From positions 65,100,001 to 65,164,000 of the forward strand of contig OZ024742.1 of the NCBI GenBank assembly GCA_964016885.1: DNA of 64,000 nt, read 5' to 3'. A model generated the notes under the pieces. The model was not told the DNA's origin. It saw only the letters and a program-made list of their open reading frames with translations, and did not search any database. The stretch comes from Eledone cirrhosa. Taxonomy: Eukaryota. The translations under genes were made by a program, and so were the position numbers. Positions 20,981 through 36,822 of the stretch are shown piece by piece; position 1 is the first letter of the stretch; each line of letters begins with the position of its first letter.

Positions 20981-22830
20981 CAATGCTTAGATAAAATTAG
21001 GATTTTGTAGTTTAACTAACAATGTATGTATGCATCGACCCGGCACGCCAGAGTCATAGAGGTGCTATCGTCATGTACAGTGTGTCTTGAGCACTTTAAA
21101 CAGCAAAACCTATCCCCTCTCCAAGTTGGAATACAGCCAATTTCATCTGGAGAAGGTGAGGAAGTGAGAAAGAGGATCATGAGCTGAACACCTTAACTCC
21201 TAGGCCATGTACCTTTATACATTGTCACTAATGTCAGTAGATTTGTCCACTTGTAAAGTGGATTCTAAAATACATTCTCTTCTATATCAACTATATTATC
21301 TGAGAGGAAAACTTTGCTAATTTCTTGTTCAGCTGCATTCTCTAACTCCAGCTTTCTATAAGCAGAAAAAATAATTAATTTGGCTAAAAGTCTGTGATTT
21401 CATATCTTATGCAATTGTCTGAATATATGCAATTTGAGTCTTCTTTAGAAACCTTTGACATTTTATAAAAAATATTTATTTTCCTTGCTTCAAATACTGT
21501 TGACAATCTTAAAATAATTTGAATCTTTTAAAGATGTGAGTGTTTAGTTGTAAAATGCATTTCTAAATTTTAGATACCATGTCTTCATTTAACATTCTAG
21601 CACTACATGTAACACAATGACAAAGGTTGATAATTGTTTCCAGTTAAAAAAAAACTCTTATATTAAATACTTTGGCTCTAGTTTCACCTTATTAGGCCTA
21701 GTAGATTTTATGGAAATTTATAATTGTCACTGCTATGTTTCCTTTTGATAAACCTATGTGGGAGCTATGATCATTCCCTTTCTTTGTTCATTTATAAATT
21801 GGGTCATAAATTCTGAGGCCTTTTGTAGTGAATTTATCATTTTCATCATAAGATCTGTAGCAGTACTAGAACCATGTTCAACTAAATAGAAAAAGGAAAT
21901 GGTCATTAATTCCTGATACAGTTGTGGGAGGCACTGTATTAGACATTTTAAAACTGGCTGAGCCCATCTTTCTCCAGGTCTGAACACAGCTAATTTCTTC
22001 TAGAGTAGGAAAAAGCAAAAGAAAGATAGAGGTAGAATCAACTCCCAGAACTGTCTAGTACTTTGACAGCAAAAAGATGAAAGACAAAGTTGACCTCAGT
22101 GGGATTAGATCTCAGCATGCAGAGAGCTGGAATAAATACCAAGGCATTTAATCTGATACTGTAATCACTCTGCCAACTCACTCTTTCAACTAAATAAGAT
22201 GATGGAAAAAACATAAGACTATTTTCCCATTTTCAGAATGGTCTATAATCCAGAGTTAAGATTTACAATTTGGTACTTCAACCAGAAATTATGGTATCTG
22301 TTCTTAAATTTCAGTTTCAACTCTTTATTGGATTTTTAATCCAATCAATTCTTGTAATTAGATTTGTATCTCCAAGAGTAAATCGAGCCCCAGGATCTGA
22401 ATTCAGAATACAAAAATTTGTGACTAAATACCGGAAGATACTTTGCTTGATACTCTAACATAGGCACAATGCTATATAGATATTTCAGAAAAACAATAAA
22501 TAGACAATTATATCAACTTTCAGTGCATGACTGGTATTTTATGTTATCAAACCTGGAAGTGTTAAAGGCAAAGTTCACCAGCTGAATTTGAACTTCTGAC
22601 AGAATGTAAAGGGATATAACAACTCAAACACTGCAAAACACTTCTTTTAGCACCAATACCAGCACTCTACCATTTCTATATTTCTATTGAAAATCATAAT
22701 GCCTTTCATAATATTTTGAAAATAATCAAGCATTAGGAAGGACTGAATTTTAATTTAGTCTCTCCTGTTTTATTTTACCCTCCTTTGATGTTGAATCAAT
22801 GTTTCAATATTTTTTAAAATATTGTATCAA

Positions 22831-23291
22831 TAGCATAATAGCTAGAATAAGGATAAGATGGAAGAAGTTTAAGGAGCTATACCCACTCTTGACAACAAAA
22901 GGACAGCTGTGTGTGAAGCTGCATGGTAGTGAAACATGGGCAGTGACTGCCGCGAACTTGTGAAGGCTGGAGAGAAAGGAAGCAACCATGCTTCATTGCA
23001 TGTGCAATGTAAATGTGAGAGAAAGGCAGAGCTTGGATGAACTGAGAGAGAAGACTGCATTGGTACAGACATATGATCCCATAGATGATGATCGCTGGGT
23101 GAAGAACTGCCAGGAAACTCCAGTGTAAGGAAGCTGCAGCCGAGGTAGACCTGGGTGGAGGTGATGAGAGCTGATGTTAAATGGCTGAGACTCGCAAAGA
23201 TGACAACGGAATGCAAAGAATGGAGAGATGCTGTGCTGAAAAGGACCCATTCAAGCATGGAAAAACAGCAGTAAAAACGATGATGATGATG
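22831..23291 (+). mobile_element. RTE-like LINE 3' fragment with (GAT)n tail
   Basis: Similar to 59010-59560 (IARIRI.WKKF.EL, LHGSETW); ends agcatggaaaa..gtaaaaac(gat)n. Confidence 0.8.
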
Positions 23292-24194
23292 GTTGAATCC
23301 TTAGAACATCAGACAAACCCTTTCTTGCAGTATTTATGTTGTGTTCAAATCCCACCAAGGTTAGCTTTGCCTTTCATCCTTACTGGGTCGATAAAATGAA
23401 GTACCTGTAATGCACTGAGGTCAATTTAATCAACTTACCCTACCCCAGAATTGTTGGAATTGTGCCTAAATCAGAAAACATTATTATTATCATTTTCTGT
23501 AATTGTGTCTAGTTTTGTTTTTTTTTCAATGTAGAGATTGTACTACTCTGGCTGGAATTGCTACTATGGAGATGTCTGGGAAGATATATACTGGAGATTG
23601 AATGGAAACATTATAGAATAGAGAGGACTCTTCTGGGTGAGCATATAACCTCTAATGTTAGTGCTGCAATAAAATGCACCAAGTACATCATGTAAAGTGG
23701 TAGTGCTACTGTCATGATTAAATGCATGCAGTAAAATGCTTCTAGTACATTTTCATGTGGTAGTGTTGGTGCCATGATAAAAGGCACCCAGTACACTCTG
23801 TAAAGTGGTTGATTTTAGGAAGGGCAATCAGTTACAGACACTTTGGCAAACAAGGAACATATTGGTAAGATGTCTCTCTAGGACTGTGACAGCCTGTCCA
23901 ACCCATGCCAACTTAGAAGGTGAATGTAAAATGATGAGTACTTTAAAACTGTTTTGTTTCATATTAGGGCTGGTTTGGTATCAAAAAGGTTAAATAATAA
24001 AATTCCCATGTTTGTGATGTCCAAAAAATGAGCAACTCAAATTATAAGTCTCCCTTTAGTAATTAGCATAGCCAATAGAGCATAATAAAGGCACCCAGTA
24101 AAGTGGTAGTTCTGGTGCCATGATAATTGCACTCAATACACCCACTAGGCCCTGCTTGGAAAGGCATCCAGTATTAGAAACCAAATATTGAACA

Positions 24195-24539
24195 GGCACA
24201 TGGCTTAGTGGTTAGAGCATTGGGCTTACAATCAAAAGGTTGTGAGTTCAATTCTCAGACCGGGCGATGTGTTGTTTCCTTGAGCAAGACACTTTATTTC
24301 ACATTTGCTCCAGTTCACTCAGCTGTAGAAATGAGATGATAGGGACTGGGGTTCCTATCATTCCACTGCAAAGTGGTCGTGGAGGTGCCACGGGAAAAAA
24401 GCACCCAGCACTCACTGTAAATGAGGTTGGTGTTAGGAAGGGCATCCAGCTGTAGAAATGAAGCCAGAATCAGTTCCTGTCTCACCCTTGCAAGCAGGGA
24501 AAAGCGGACGTAAAATGAAATGATGATGATGATGATGAT
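24195..24539 (+). mobile_element. tRNA-derived SINE family A (tRNA head + central domain + RTE-type (GAT)n tail)
   Basis: A-box tggcttagtgg, B-box gagttcaattc; core ttaggaagggcatccagctgtagaaa; inverse copy at 46304-46626; many truncated relatives (e.g. 2466-2609, 19470-19730, 41135-41465, 61340-61757, 62630-62883). Confidence 0.82.
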
Positions 24540-26541
24540 AAGCAAGACAGTCAGCTAACCTGTTTAACCTCAGAACATGGCAACTTGTACAACCCATGCC
24601 AGCATGGAAAGCAGATGTAAAAAATGATGATGAAAAACAACAAAGATTAATTAATTCACACAAACAAGTTTGTTTTTTTTCAAAAACGTAGTCTTTAATA
24701 AAATAAAATTTTAAAGAAGAAAGAAATTGAAACATAATATATATACACACTTATGCATTGCTGTGTATAGAAACCATGTACTGAAAAATCATTGAGTGTG
24801 TGTGTAATATATTTATATATATTTATAATGTATATATTTACATCTACACACACACATATATATATAGATTATATGTGTGTGCATACATCTACACAAACAC
24901 ACATATATGTATGAATGAACACATGGTTTTATACACACAAACAGTCTATATACACATATCTACACTGATGTGTATATAACTACATTGATATATATATTAT
25001 ACACGCATGTGTGTATATAATTGTGTACATATACATATATATATGTATTGTATATTCACATATCTACATTGATGTGTGCATATACATATATACACACACA
25101 TTTATGTATGTGTGTGTGTTAAGATAGGCAGAACATTAAGTCAACCAGTAGAGCAGGACCTTGGTGGTGGTGTGGTGGAGGGGGTGGTGAGAGGAAAATG
25201 ACAGAGGGCTATAATAATAACAATAACAATTATGGTGGTGGCCATGTATATAACAATTATCATATTATTATGTCCTTCTAACACAGCCTGTTTTCTTATA
25301 AAAGTCCTCCTCTCTAGCTCTCTGTAGATTCTACACCACACATTCCCATCAACACCCACCCCATAAATGATGAGAGATATAGTCCACCATCACCACCACC
25401 ACACCCCTCTGGAACAGATCAAATGGTTGAGGAAGGAGATGGTTCTACCTTTCAAATATTTTTTATTTATCACTGGACTACCTAGAAGTTTTTTTTTTTC
25501 TGAAAATTTTGTTTTTGCTTCAAATGCTACATTTCTCTACTGTCTGTCTGTGTGCCTGTTCAGCAACTCAACTCTATAGTCCCCCATCCCACCCCAACAC
25601 TGTACCACATTGCACTGTGTGGGGTAGTGGTAACACACGCAGAATCCACTTCATAAAATGTTGATTTACTGGCTGGTCAGGTCCAGTCAGCCACACAGGC
25701 TACAAACTGGCCATGCCCTTTTATCTTTAAGCTAAATGCAAAATGTCAAAACTATCTCCAACAAGAAAGACATCTGAGGTCAAGGTTGATGGGTAGAGAC
25801 AAAGAGAATTGATCATCTCTTATTTACATTAATATACTGTAAATCATACCCACTCAAACTAATTCTCCTTTTACAGAGTCTTAGAAATTCCCCCTTCCCC
25901 ACATTAGATGGTGTAATTGCAACAGAATTCTTTCATGTTACCTTTGAAAGTATCTACTACCAGTAAAACACCTGTCAAATCTATCTCCCTTTAGATGTGT
26001 GTCACTCCTTGTTTGGAAATTGTCCTGACATTTACTAGTTCTTTATCTCTCTATCTCAGGGAGAGAACTTCTACTTAAAGGTCAAGAACAAGAGTGTGAG
26101 GAGCTTCCTAGGATACAATGGCTCCTCTACCACAATCAGTTTGTCAATGAATCAAGTGAATTAATGAAAGAATGTTTACAGGTCAGCAATACCTGAATTT
26201 AATGAAACAAAAAGCAATATCCCAGGGAAACAAGATAGGCCACATATGTGATAACATCTTAGGAATTAATATGTACAGACAAGAAGGAATGCTTTAGAAA
26301 CAAGCAGCAAACCTAGTCAACAATAACAATGCTCTCTTCTCTCCAAACAAGGAATCTTTCCTTATGAAGTAGTGCTTCCAGTCAAAATCAAAGCATCATT
26401 GAAGCAATGTGTAAGAAATAACATGCACAAGCCAAATGTTCTGCCCTAGGAATCAACACCCCAACCAGAGACAATATCCTCTAAAACATTGTTTTTTTTC
26501 ATCTGAAAGCAATGTTTCCCAGAACAGTAACAAACTTTCAC

Positions 26542-27000
26542 CAGTCAAAATCAATGTCCCAAGGATACCTACAAACTCTGAACAGTCAAACAAAATATCC
26601 CAAGGACACCAACAAATCAACTAGCCCAAAATTCATGTCCCAAAGACATCTACAAAACCTGACCTGCTAAACATATTGATTCTCCAAGAAATCAGCAAAT
26701 CTCGACCAGCTCAAAGCAATATCCCAAGGACTCCAGCAACCCCTGACCAGCCAAAAACAATGTCCCCAGGATCCCAACAAACCATGAGCAGCTAAAAGCA
26801 ATATCCAAAGGACCCTAATAACCTCTGACCAGCCAAAGGAAATGTCCTGAGGTTGAATACAGAACCTGACCGGCCAAAAGCAATGTCTTACCAAGACACC
26901 AGCCACCCATGATGAGCCAGATGTTATGAAGCCCAGGACACCTACAAACCTCGACCAGCCAAAAGCAGTATCCTGAGAACCCCCGACAAGCCCTGAGTAA
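26542..27000. repeat. Degenerate ~41-bp minisatellite, ~11 units
   Basis: Consensus approx. agccaaaagcaatgtcccaaggacacctacaaaccctgacc; e.g. unit agctcaaagcaatatcccaaggactccagcaacccctgacc = 41 nt. Confidence 0.75.
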
Positions 27001-27307
27001 TGTCAGCCTGAGACACTTACAAAGCTAAAGGAATGTCTTCCACCACCAAGGAATAAACCATACTGCCTTGAAGCAAAGCAACGTTCACAATGTGATGTAA
27101 TCAATTAGGTGAGATTTGTAGACCAGAATCCTGAGAAGAAAAACAAAATATTGTGTGTGTGGAACAGATTGTCACAATGCAGACAGTTTTTTTCTTTCAA
27201 ATAGATTTTTTTAATATAAAAAATGTCAATTTTTTTTCTAGTCTTTTTTTTTTTCATTTTCCTTGCATATTACATGTTTGGGTGTACCAAATGGCTATTG
27301 AAATTGT

Positions 27308-27340
<33 letters not shown>

Positions 27341-27958
27341 TATATACACACACACACATACATACACACAATTACTACTGTGTGTAGACTGTGCATATCA
27401 TATGGCTACACTTAATTTTTTTTAAATCTTTATATTTATTTCAGTTCATTATTTCCACTCTTTGTTTCTTCTTTTTCTTCTTCTTTGTTTTCAACTTATC
27501 TTTTCCTATGAAGGTTTTTCAAGTGACAAAACTATGCCAGGCTGTGTTTAGCTGCTGGAGGAGCACTAGATGGAGAGAGTACAAGCTGCTTTATTGCTGT
27601 TTCTGTTAGGAGGAGATTATTTATATAAAAACAGGAGTACCAAAGATAAAAAAAACAACATGTAAGGACATCTGGAGGAATACTTCCTTCATTTTGTTGT
27701 TGTTGTTGTCTCTTCTGATACGCTAGCTCATATCTCACATCCAAAATATATAAAACAGGATACATATGTAGATATGTATATGTGCGTGTGTGTATATATG
27801 TTCATCACACAGGCACATATAAATGTGTCTAAGCTCAAAGGCAAAATACAGAGATCTTGTATTGAAATATTGTTTTCCTCTTTACATTTATTGGTCTATT
27901 TTGTCTCTTGTATATGTATGCCTGTATGTATGTGTGCATACATGTATGTATATGTGTT

Positions 27959-30242
<2,284 letters not shown>

Positions 30243-31015
30243 AAATACATGTGGCCTTGATTTTCCTTTTCTTTTTGTCACATTTTAGAAAATAAATGCA
30301 TGAAGTTGAAATGGTTTCACAGTCCATTGGTCAATGGTGTTTGGTTACTGTTGTTGTGGACGTGATGGTTAGGGAGGGGGCACGGTAGAAGGCGGGGAAG
30401 CGAAGGAAGCCTGGGTACAATATACAGGAACATGACCAGTGTTTGGTGATTGAGGATCTGAGATAGATAGATATAAAGATAGAGAGGCTTCTCGGTACTG
30501 TGGAATGGCATGGAAAGACACATCTTGGTTATCAGTATTAATATTATTATAATAATAATTAATTACATTCATTGTTATCATAATTATTATTTTCAGTGAC
30601 GAGTCAGTTTTTGTCTTCTCTCAATTCTTAGAAACAAAAAAAATCAAAAAAAAAAAATCAATAAAATGAAAGATTATCAAACAAAATGTTTTGTTTGATA
30701 AGATGCTGCTGTGGTTATTGTTTTGTGTAATAAGGCAATAATAATGATAAATTAACCACCCCAACCCTAAAAAAACCAACAAAAAAATTTCTTTTAAGAG
30801 AAAGGAAGAAAAATTTTCTAATAAAAGCTCCAGTTAACTGAAGCAGTTGTATTTGTTGTATTCATTATTATTATTATGATTATTATTATCCTTATTATTA
30901 TTTAATGTGGTAAGTAAAAAATTTGTTTAATTAAAAAAAATGTAACAAAAGAAAACAAATATACAAAAGAATGTAAGAGTATGTGTATGGGGGAAAGAAA
31001 GAAGGATGGGGGATG

Positions 31016-31060
<45 letters not shown>

Positions 31061-31585
31061 CAAAACAAAAGGAAAAAAAAACTAAAAAAATAAAATTAAA
31101 TGAAATTTCAAATTAAAGGAATTAACAGATTACAGAGAACATTCTTGTTTCACGCAAGAAGAAAAATAAAATTCTTCTGAAAGAAATAATGAGAGAATAC
31201 TGTTGAGAAGACAAGAAAGAATTTCTGAGAACGATCACTTCTGCTCTTTGCAATTCCTCAACGAAGGAGTTCGTTTTGTTCTTGGGCTAAAAATGTCCAA
31301 AACGACTGTTTACCGGCATTTTTCAAAGACTAACCAACCATGGTACATCTATTTTAAATTCATCTCTCTGTCCCCACCTTTAATTTTCTTTCTCATAAAA
31401 ATATTGGAGGGGGAGAGACGTCGATGATGAATGCTTACTCAGCACTGGGTGTGATCTCTCTGTAACCCTTTCTGGTGATGATCGTCATAGAAACCGGCTC
31501 TCTAGCTTTTAGTAGACATTTTTTTTTGCTTTTAATTAGTTAAAAGAGTCAATGGAAGGTGTGTTAGGAGCAAGCTCCTTCTCTA

Positions 31586-31663
31586 TTATAGGTCAATCTC
31601 GTCCTCTTCTGAATTTTGCCGAACTCGGAAACACAAGCAACAGGACACCAAAATGCCAACGGC
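31586..31663 (-). CDS. Tetraspanin, last coding exon (end of TM4 + cytoplasmic tail)
   Basis: ccatttcag|GCC...TAA; AVGILVSCCLCFRVRQNSEEDEIDL*; juxtamembrane cysteines. Confidence 0.88.
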   Translation of the reverse strand, partial: AVGILVSCCLCFRVRQNSEEDEIDL

Positions 31664-31849
31664 CTGAAATGGAATGAAGTGAAAAGTTGTTTAGATAAAG
31701 TTAAAATATCAAAGTAGCCAGACATAAACTGTACAACTTCATCCTTTAATAAAATTTATGATAACACATGTAGGATTAATAAACAAGATTTTTTAGAGTC
31801 TGTATTTCTTTTCTTAAAATGATACAACAAACAGTTGATAATCCTAATA

Positions 31850-31960
31850 CTTCGTTCAATGGCAGCTGTGATTTTTGTGTTTAAATTGTCAATGTCTGTC
31901 ACCCATGTATTGTACACAAGATCTTTGATGAATCCCCAAAGAAAGAAACCACAGGCTAGA
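31850..31960 (-). mobile_element. Tc1/mariner-type transposase remnant
   Basis: FFLWGFIKDLVY...DIDNLNTKITAAI resembles the (D)FFLWGxxKxxVY C-terminal motif of Tc1/mariner-superfamily transposases. Confidence 0.55.
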
Positions 31961-32478
31961 AACCTTTGTGTACAGAGTGCTGTTGAAAACGAAAACACTA
32001 AATTACTTGTACTTGTGTCGCTGTCAACAATTCATGTAATGGGCTAAGCCAGTTCTTTCAGACAAACTTGTGTCCTAAATCATGATCATCTACATGAACC
32101 AAGTGGAAATCTCTATGTGATCATCTAATTTGATAGAAATTGAAGCCAAATCCCCAAATCATACCCTATCATCTATAGAAAAGGAAGATCATATTAGGAA
32201 ATATAGTCCTATGTCTGAATAAAAGATGTGAGAGTCAATGGCTATAGCATCTTTGATCAGGGACCTGCTGGATCATGGCTGATATGGGTCTAAAACAACA
32301 ACATCCATCCACTGCTTCAGTTTCCCATCATCGTGACTGTATTTAGCAGCTTGTATGAAGGTGTTCCAGAAGTGGATGATATGCAAGTCCAAATAGAGAC
32401 TGACTTAAATCTAGTTAGCTGCCACCTATAATAGACATTTGAAAGTGAATAGTAATAACATTATGTAAAGGGAGTTAA

Positions 32479-32692
32479 CCCTTTCGTTACTATATTTTTA
32501 ATGAATTTAAAGTAATTTTGAAAATAATCAAGAATTTGGAGGGTTTTAACTCTTTCATTAGGTGTTTGGAACATAAATTAAGGGTTCTTTCACAAAATTA
32601 TGATTGAAAGTTTTAAGATAAATACAAATACTGTAAAACAGCTTTGTATAGTAGAACCAAAGACAGTTTCAAGTGGTTTAGTATCAAAAGGG
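32479..32692. mobile_element. piggyBac-like MITE (TTAA TSD, CCCTTT..AAAGGG termini)
   Basis: TTAA(32475-78)|ccctttcgttacta ... tagtatcaaaaggg|TTAA(32693-96); 12/14 TIR match; decayed relatives at ~1537-1790, ~34315-34553, ~41970-42152. Confidence 0.7.
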
Positions 32693-32802
32693 TTAAGTTA
32701 TTCTGTTACCAATAGAGATAATACAAAAAGATATTTTCAACAAACTGGAGCTTGCAGAATTTGCCCCTTAATTCAACTAGGTAGAGAGTTGATCATACTT
32801 AC

Positions 32803-32886
32803 TAATAATATTGGAATAGAGCCAGCAACTAAACCAAGTATTATAGCCCTTTTGATCAAGTGTTCCCGTATTTTGTCCAGGCAACC
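32803..32886 (-). CDS. Tetraspanin exon (GC motif of large loop + start of TM4)
   Basis: ctttcag|GGT...TTA|gtaagt; 84 nt; GCLDKIREHLIKRAIILGLVAGSIPILL. Confidence 0.9.
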
Positions 32887-33994
32887 CTGAAAGTATGGGG
32901 ACAAAATACAAAATTTTTTTCAAATCATGGTTATTGGATGGTTTTCATAGAATAAAGGAAGAAATAAAATGTAAAAATTTAAATAAAACAGACACATCTA
33001 CAACAATAAAAACAAAAGCAACATCCTAACAATACTACTATTACACCATCATAACGTAACCCCCACCTCCTCAGTCAGGAACACAACACTCTAGCACCAC
33101 CATAAACCCCACCTCCTCAGTCGGGAACAACACTCTAGCACACAATTATTGCACCACCATAACAACACTAGCCCTGCTACACACTCCAGAACATAAAATC
33201 ATAATACTATCTCCCTCATCCATTTCAGGTAAATACAGCAAGATATATATATACATATAAAAATAACAGCAAAAGCATTAGAAACTTTATTTGTACTAAA
33301 CATTGTACTGAGATGGGCAACCCAACAAGTGTAGAGAAATGGCAACTATTGCTTTTCTCCTTGTCCTCCTTTCTGTGGCCACCATTATAAACAGACTGGA
33401 TATTACAGAGCATACAGTATGTTCAGACTGATACACTGCATCACATACAATTAACCACTTAACCACTGTATATCAGAATGTGCATTATGATCCTCAGCAA
33501 GAATGTAATAGATATCCAGAGCTGTGGATAGCATCCAGTTGTTTGGCAGACTATGCATGTAAGTATGATTGTATGATCAAAGAGGAACTAGGGCTATACA
33601 ACAACAACAAACAAACATAAACAGTGGGCCAAAATCAACACTCTCAAGCAACCTCACTTATATGATAATCTACTTTATGCTAGAGTGTGAAGTAGAGTAG
33701 TATAGTTCTCCAAAAGGCAAAGGTATGATGTATCTGGAACACTGGATCCATAGGTCTTTTCAACAAGGGCTGACAAGTCACAACACATGAACATCTATGA
33801 CTGACCCTGGACAACACATGAAGATCCATGGTTGCCTATGACCACTGGGTAACATATCAATAACAAGAATGGCCAGATACAACACAACAACAAAACTCTA
33901 AGATCAATCCACTAAAAAGCACACTTCCATATCTATGAAATGAAATGAAATGAAATGAAATGAAGCATGGCGATAAGTAAAAAGGTTAACATAC

Positions 33995-34137
33995 TTCGGT
34001 ATTTAAATCAGGATTTCTTAAATCGTTTTTACCAATGGGCGGGCCTAGTGCTGGGGGCAATCTAGATCGCATTTCACCAGTACACCGTTTCTCATTTGAA
34101 TTTTTTTTACAACAACTTCTTGGCACATATGGAGCTT
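33995..34137 (-). CDS. Tetraspanin exon (PxSCC motif)
   Basis: tttttcag|AA GCT...GAA|gtatgt; 143 nt, phase 1/0; (Q)APYVPRSCCKKNSNEKRCTGEMRSRLPPALGPPIGKNDLRNPDLNTE. Confidence 0.88.
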
Positions 34138-34568
34138 CTGAAAAAGGAAGAGAACAGAGTTGAATACCAGGTCATGTTAAGTTATCCATAAAATGTTGGA
34201 GGGAATTAGGTAAAGGTAGTTGAATATGTACGAAACAGAATGCAATAATTATACATACTCTATCTAAGCAGACAGTAGAAAGATCAAGCAAAGGTGTTGC
34301 ACGTATGAGATCATTTAACCGAAGCAGGCTCTGGTTTTACAATACTAAGCTGTATATTGTAAAAGCATATTCATTTATCCATAAACCTTTCATCATAATT
34401 TTATGTAAGCACCTTTGTTAATTTATGCTCTAAACACTGATTTAATAATAATGAAAAAAATTCTTATATTACTAAATCCCTCCAAATTTTTCATTATCAA
34501 AATGATTTGAAAATCAGTGTCTTTTATTAGAAATATGGTAATAAAAGGGTTAATATGAAGAGAGTACA

Positions 34569-34599
<31 letters not shown>

Positions 34600-34607
34600 T
34601 TACTTAC

Positions 34608-34701
34608 GGTCTGGATTGCGGCGGTACCATTCGCTTCGTAGTTTATACACACTCCACGAGAAGGAACTATTTTCACCACCTTTGATTCCACAACACTGCA
34701 A
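34608..34701 (-). CDS. Tetraspanin exon (CCG motif)
   Basis: tgtacag|TTG...GAC C|gtaagt; 94 nt, phase 0/1; LQCCGIKGGENSSFSWSVYKLRSEWYRRNPD. Confidence 0.92.
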
Positions 34702-36144
34702 CTGTACAATAGAGAATAGAGAACCAGGTATATTAAGTATCACATATTCAATCACAGCTTACAACATACAATGTTGTTAATAAACTTACTAAATACAGTA
34801 GCCAAATCTTCCTCAAATCATACCCTATTGTCTTCAGAAAAGGAAATACACAAACAAGGTAATATCATAAGCATACATCTATTTTCCATACGTTCAATTT
34901 TAGCATGGTTTCTACAGCTGAATGGCTTTCTTATGGCCAACCACTTTACAGAGTGTACTGGGTGTAAGATATACTATACTTGAGAAAAAAAGAAGACAGG
35001 TTTGTCATGGCTTGAATGGTGTTTGGTCATAAATCATCTAGATGACAGCTAACCTGGAGCTAAACAACAACAATTACAAACAAGCAGATTGATACAGAAA
35101 TCTTCCTTCCTTCCAAGCCTTGAACACAGCAGTGGACTGCCCCAAGTAACATTCCAAGATCACCTGGCATCTATTTACTCTATTCCACCAGTAACAGAGA
35201 ACTGCACTATTACTTGTCTATTTTTAGAGTTACCCAATGCCAGGTTAATGTTCAGAAAATTGAGACCCAATGTCTACAATAGCAGATCTTTCCTTTAACT
35301 CATTGTTTCTAATGCTCTTTCTGAAGCAAATCTTATCTGTTGGTCATAACTCCGGGCAGAGGCTACACAGTTTTGCCAATAGCACGAGGTAGGATTTGAA
35401 ATCAGAAACTCACAGAGCCAAAACAGATAAAGCAGGGCATCCTGTATGATGTTTTACCAATAATTCTACCAATCAAGTACCTCAGGGTTGGTGTTTTATT
35501 TATTGACTTTGAAAGGATGAAAGGCAAAGCTAGCCTTGGTAGGATTGAATTCAAAGCTGCATAGAATTAGAACAAACGCAGGCATTTACATCATATGCTC
35601 TAACTACTATATATATGTATATACACACACACACACACACACACACATATATTAAATATATATACACACATATATAGGTTTATCAAATCATATTTTGACA
35701 GATGTTCGTGTAAGTACACAGTACATACATCATTCTATATTAGCTTTGTTATGGCTTATATTCAATATAACCTACCACATGAGCCTCAACCCCACTCACT
35801 TGTCCACCAAAAGTAAAAGGAAAACAGGGTATATATATATTGCTTTTGATATCTGTTAAGTGACCTTTCCTATAAAATAACATGTTTGTGACATCAGACA
35901 GACATTACTTACTGAATTACTAATCCTACCACCACCACTACGACTATTCACCTGTCATTATAATCAGTTCTAAGCAGCCCTTTATACTGGGTAACACCAA
36001 AACTACCACATCACCACATAATACTGACACTGCAACACAATGAGTCAAGCAGGGAGCTGCTGTGGTTACTCGACCTACTAGAAATAGGAGCCAAATCTCC
36101 CACAAATCACATCCTATTATCTTTAAAAAAGGAACTGTCTAAAC

Positions 36145-36460
36145 CAAAGGTCTCAAACTCAAGGACTCAAAATAGCCATTACATCCTGTGAGTGAGGCAC
36201 AGTCTACCAAAAGTGAGATGAGGTGGGGGTGTGTGATTTTCACCAGTTATAATGCTAATCTGCAATACAGCTGATAGGATAGGCTGCTATTTATTTATTT
36301 TTTTTACAATCAAAATGAATACACATAAGATAGTATGTGAATTAGTACAAAATGTAGCCGGACAAACTTTTCATTTAAAATTTTCCTTAATTATTCATGA
36401 AAATTATTCTGCTGTTGGCCATAGAAAAGCATTTTGTGGGCTGCGTGTTTGAGAGCCCCG
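36145..36460. mobile_element. Probable hAT (Charlie-like) MITE
   Basis: Imperfect TIRs caaaggtctcaaac / gtttgagagccccg; imperfect 8-bp flanks gtctaaac / ttttaaac. Confidence 0.5.
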
Positions 36461-36547
36461 TTTTAAACCCTACTCTCAGGATGATCACAACATGACATAA
36501 TACTAAACCATCAACATAACAAAAGTCAAATCTCTCTCTCAAGTCTT

Positions 36548-36822
36548 TGCACCACCAACACACAACACCATTGCACCAACCAGCCCACAACACCCTTACA
36601 CCAGCCCACATCATTTCACCACTAACACACACCATTGCACCAGCCCACAACACTCTTACACCAGCTCACATCATTACACCACCAACACACAACACCCGCC
36701 CACATCATTACACCACCAACCCACAACATTACACCACCATCCCACATCATTATACCCCCAATACACAACACTATTGCACCATCAACACACAATACCTTTG
36801 CACAAGCTCACATCATCATTAC
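36548..36822. repeat. Degenerate C/A-rich tandem repeat
   Basis: Recurrent cagcccacatcattacaccaccaacacacaac-like units. Confidence 0.65.

Noticed and set aside
24195-24270. tRNA genes (also at 44350 and 50566)
   Set aside because: A/B boxes run into SINE bodies and tails; no complete cloverleaf.
26542-27000. CRISPR-like array (also 40025-40170, 52163-52322)
   Set aside because: No identical repeats with unique spacers, no cas genes, eukaryotic context; these are minisatellites.
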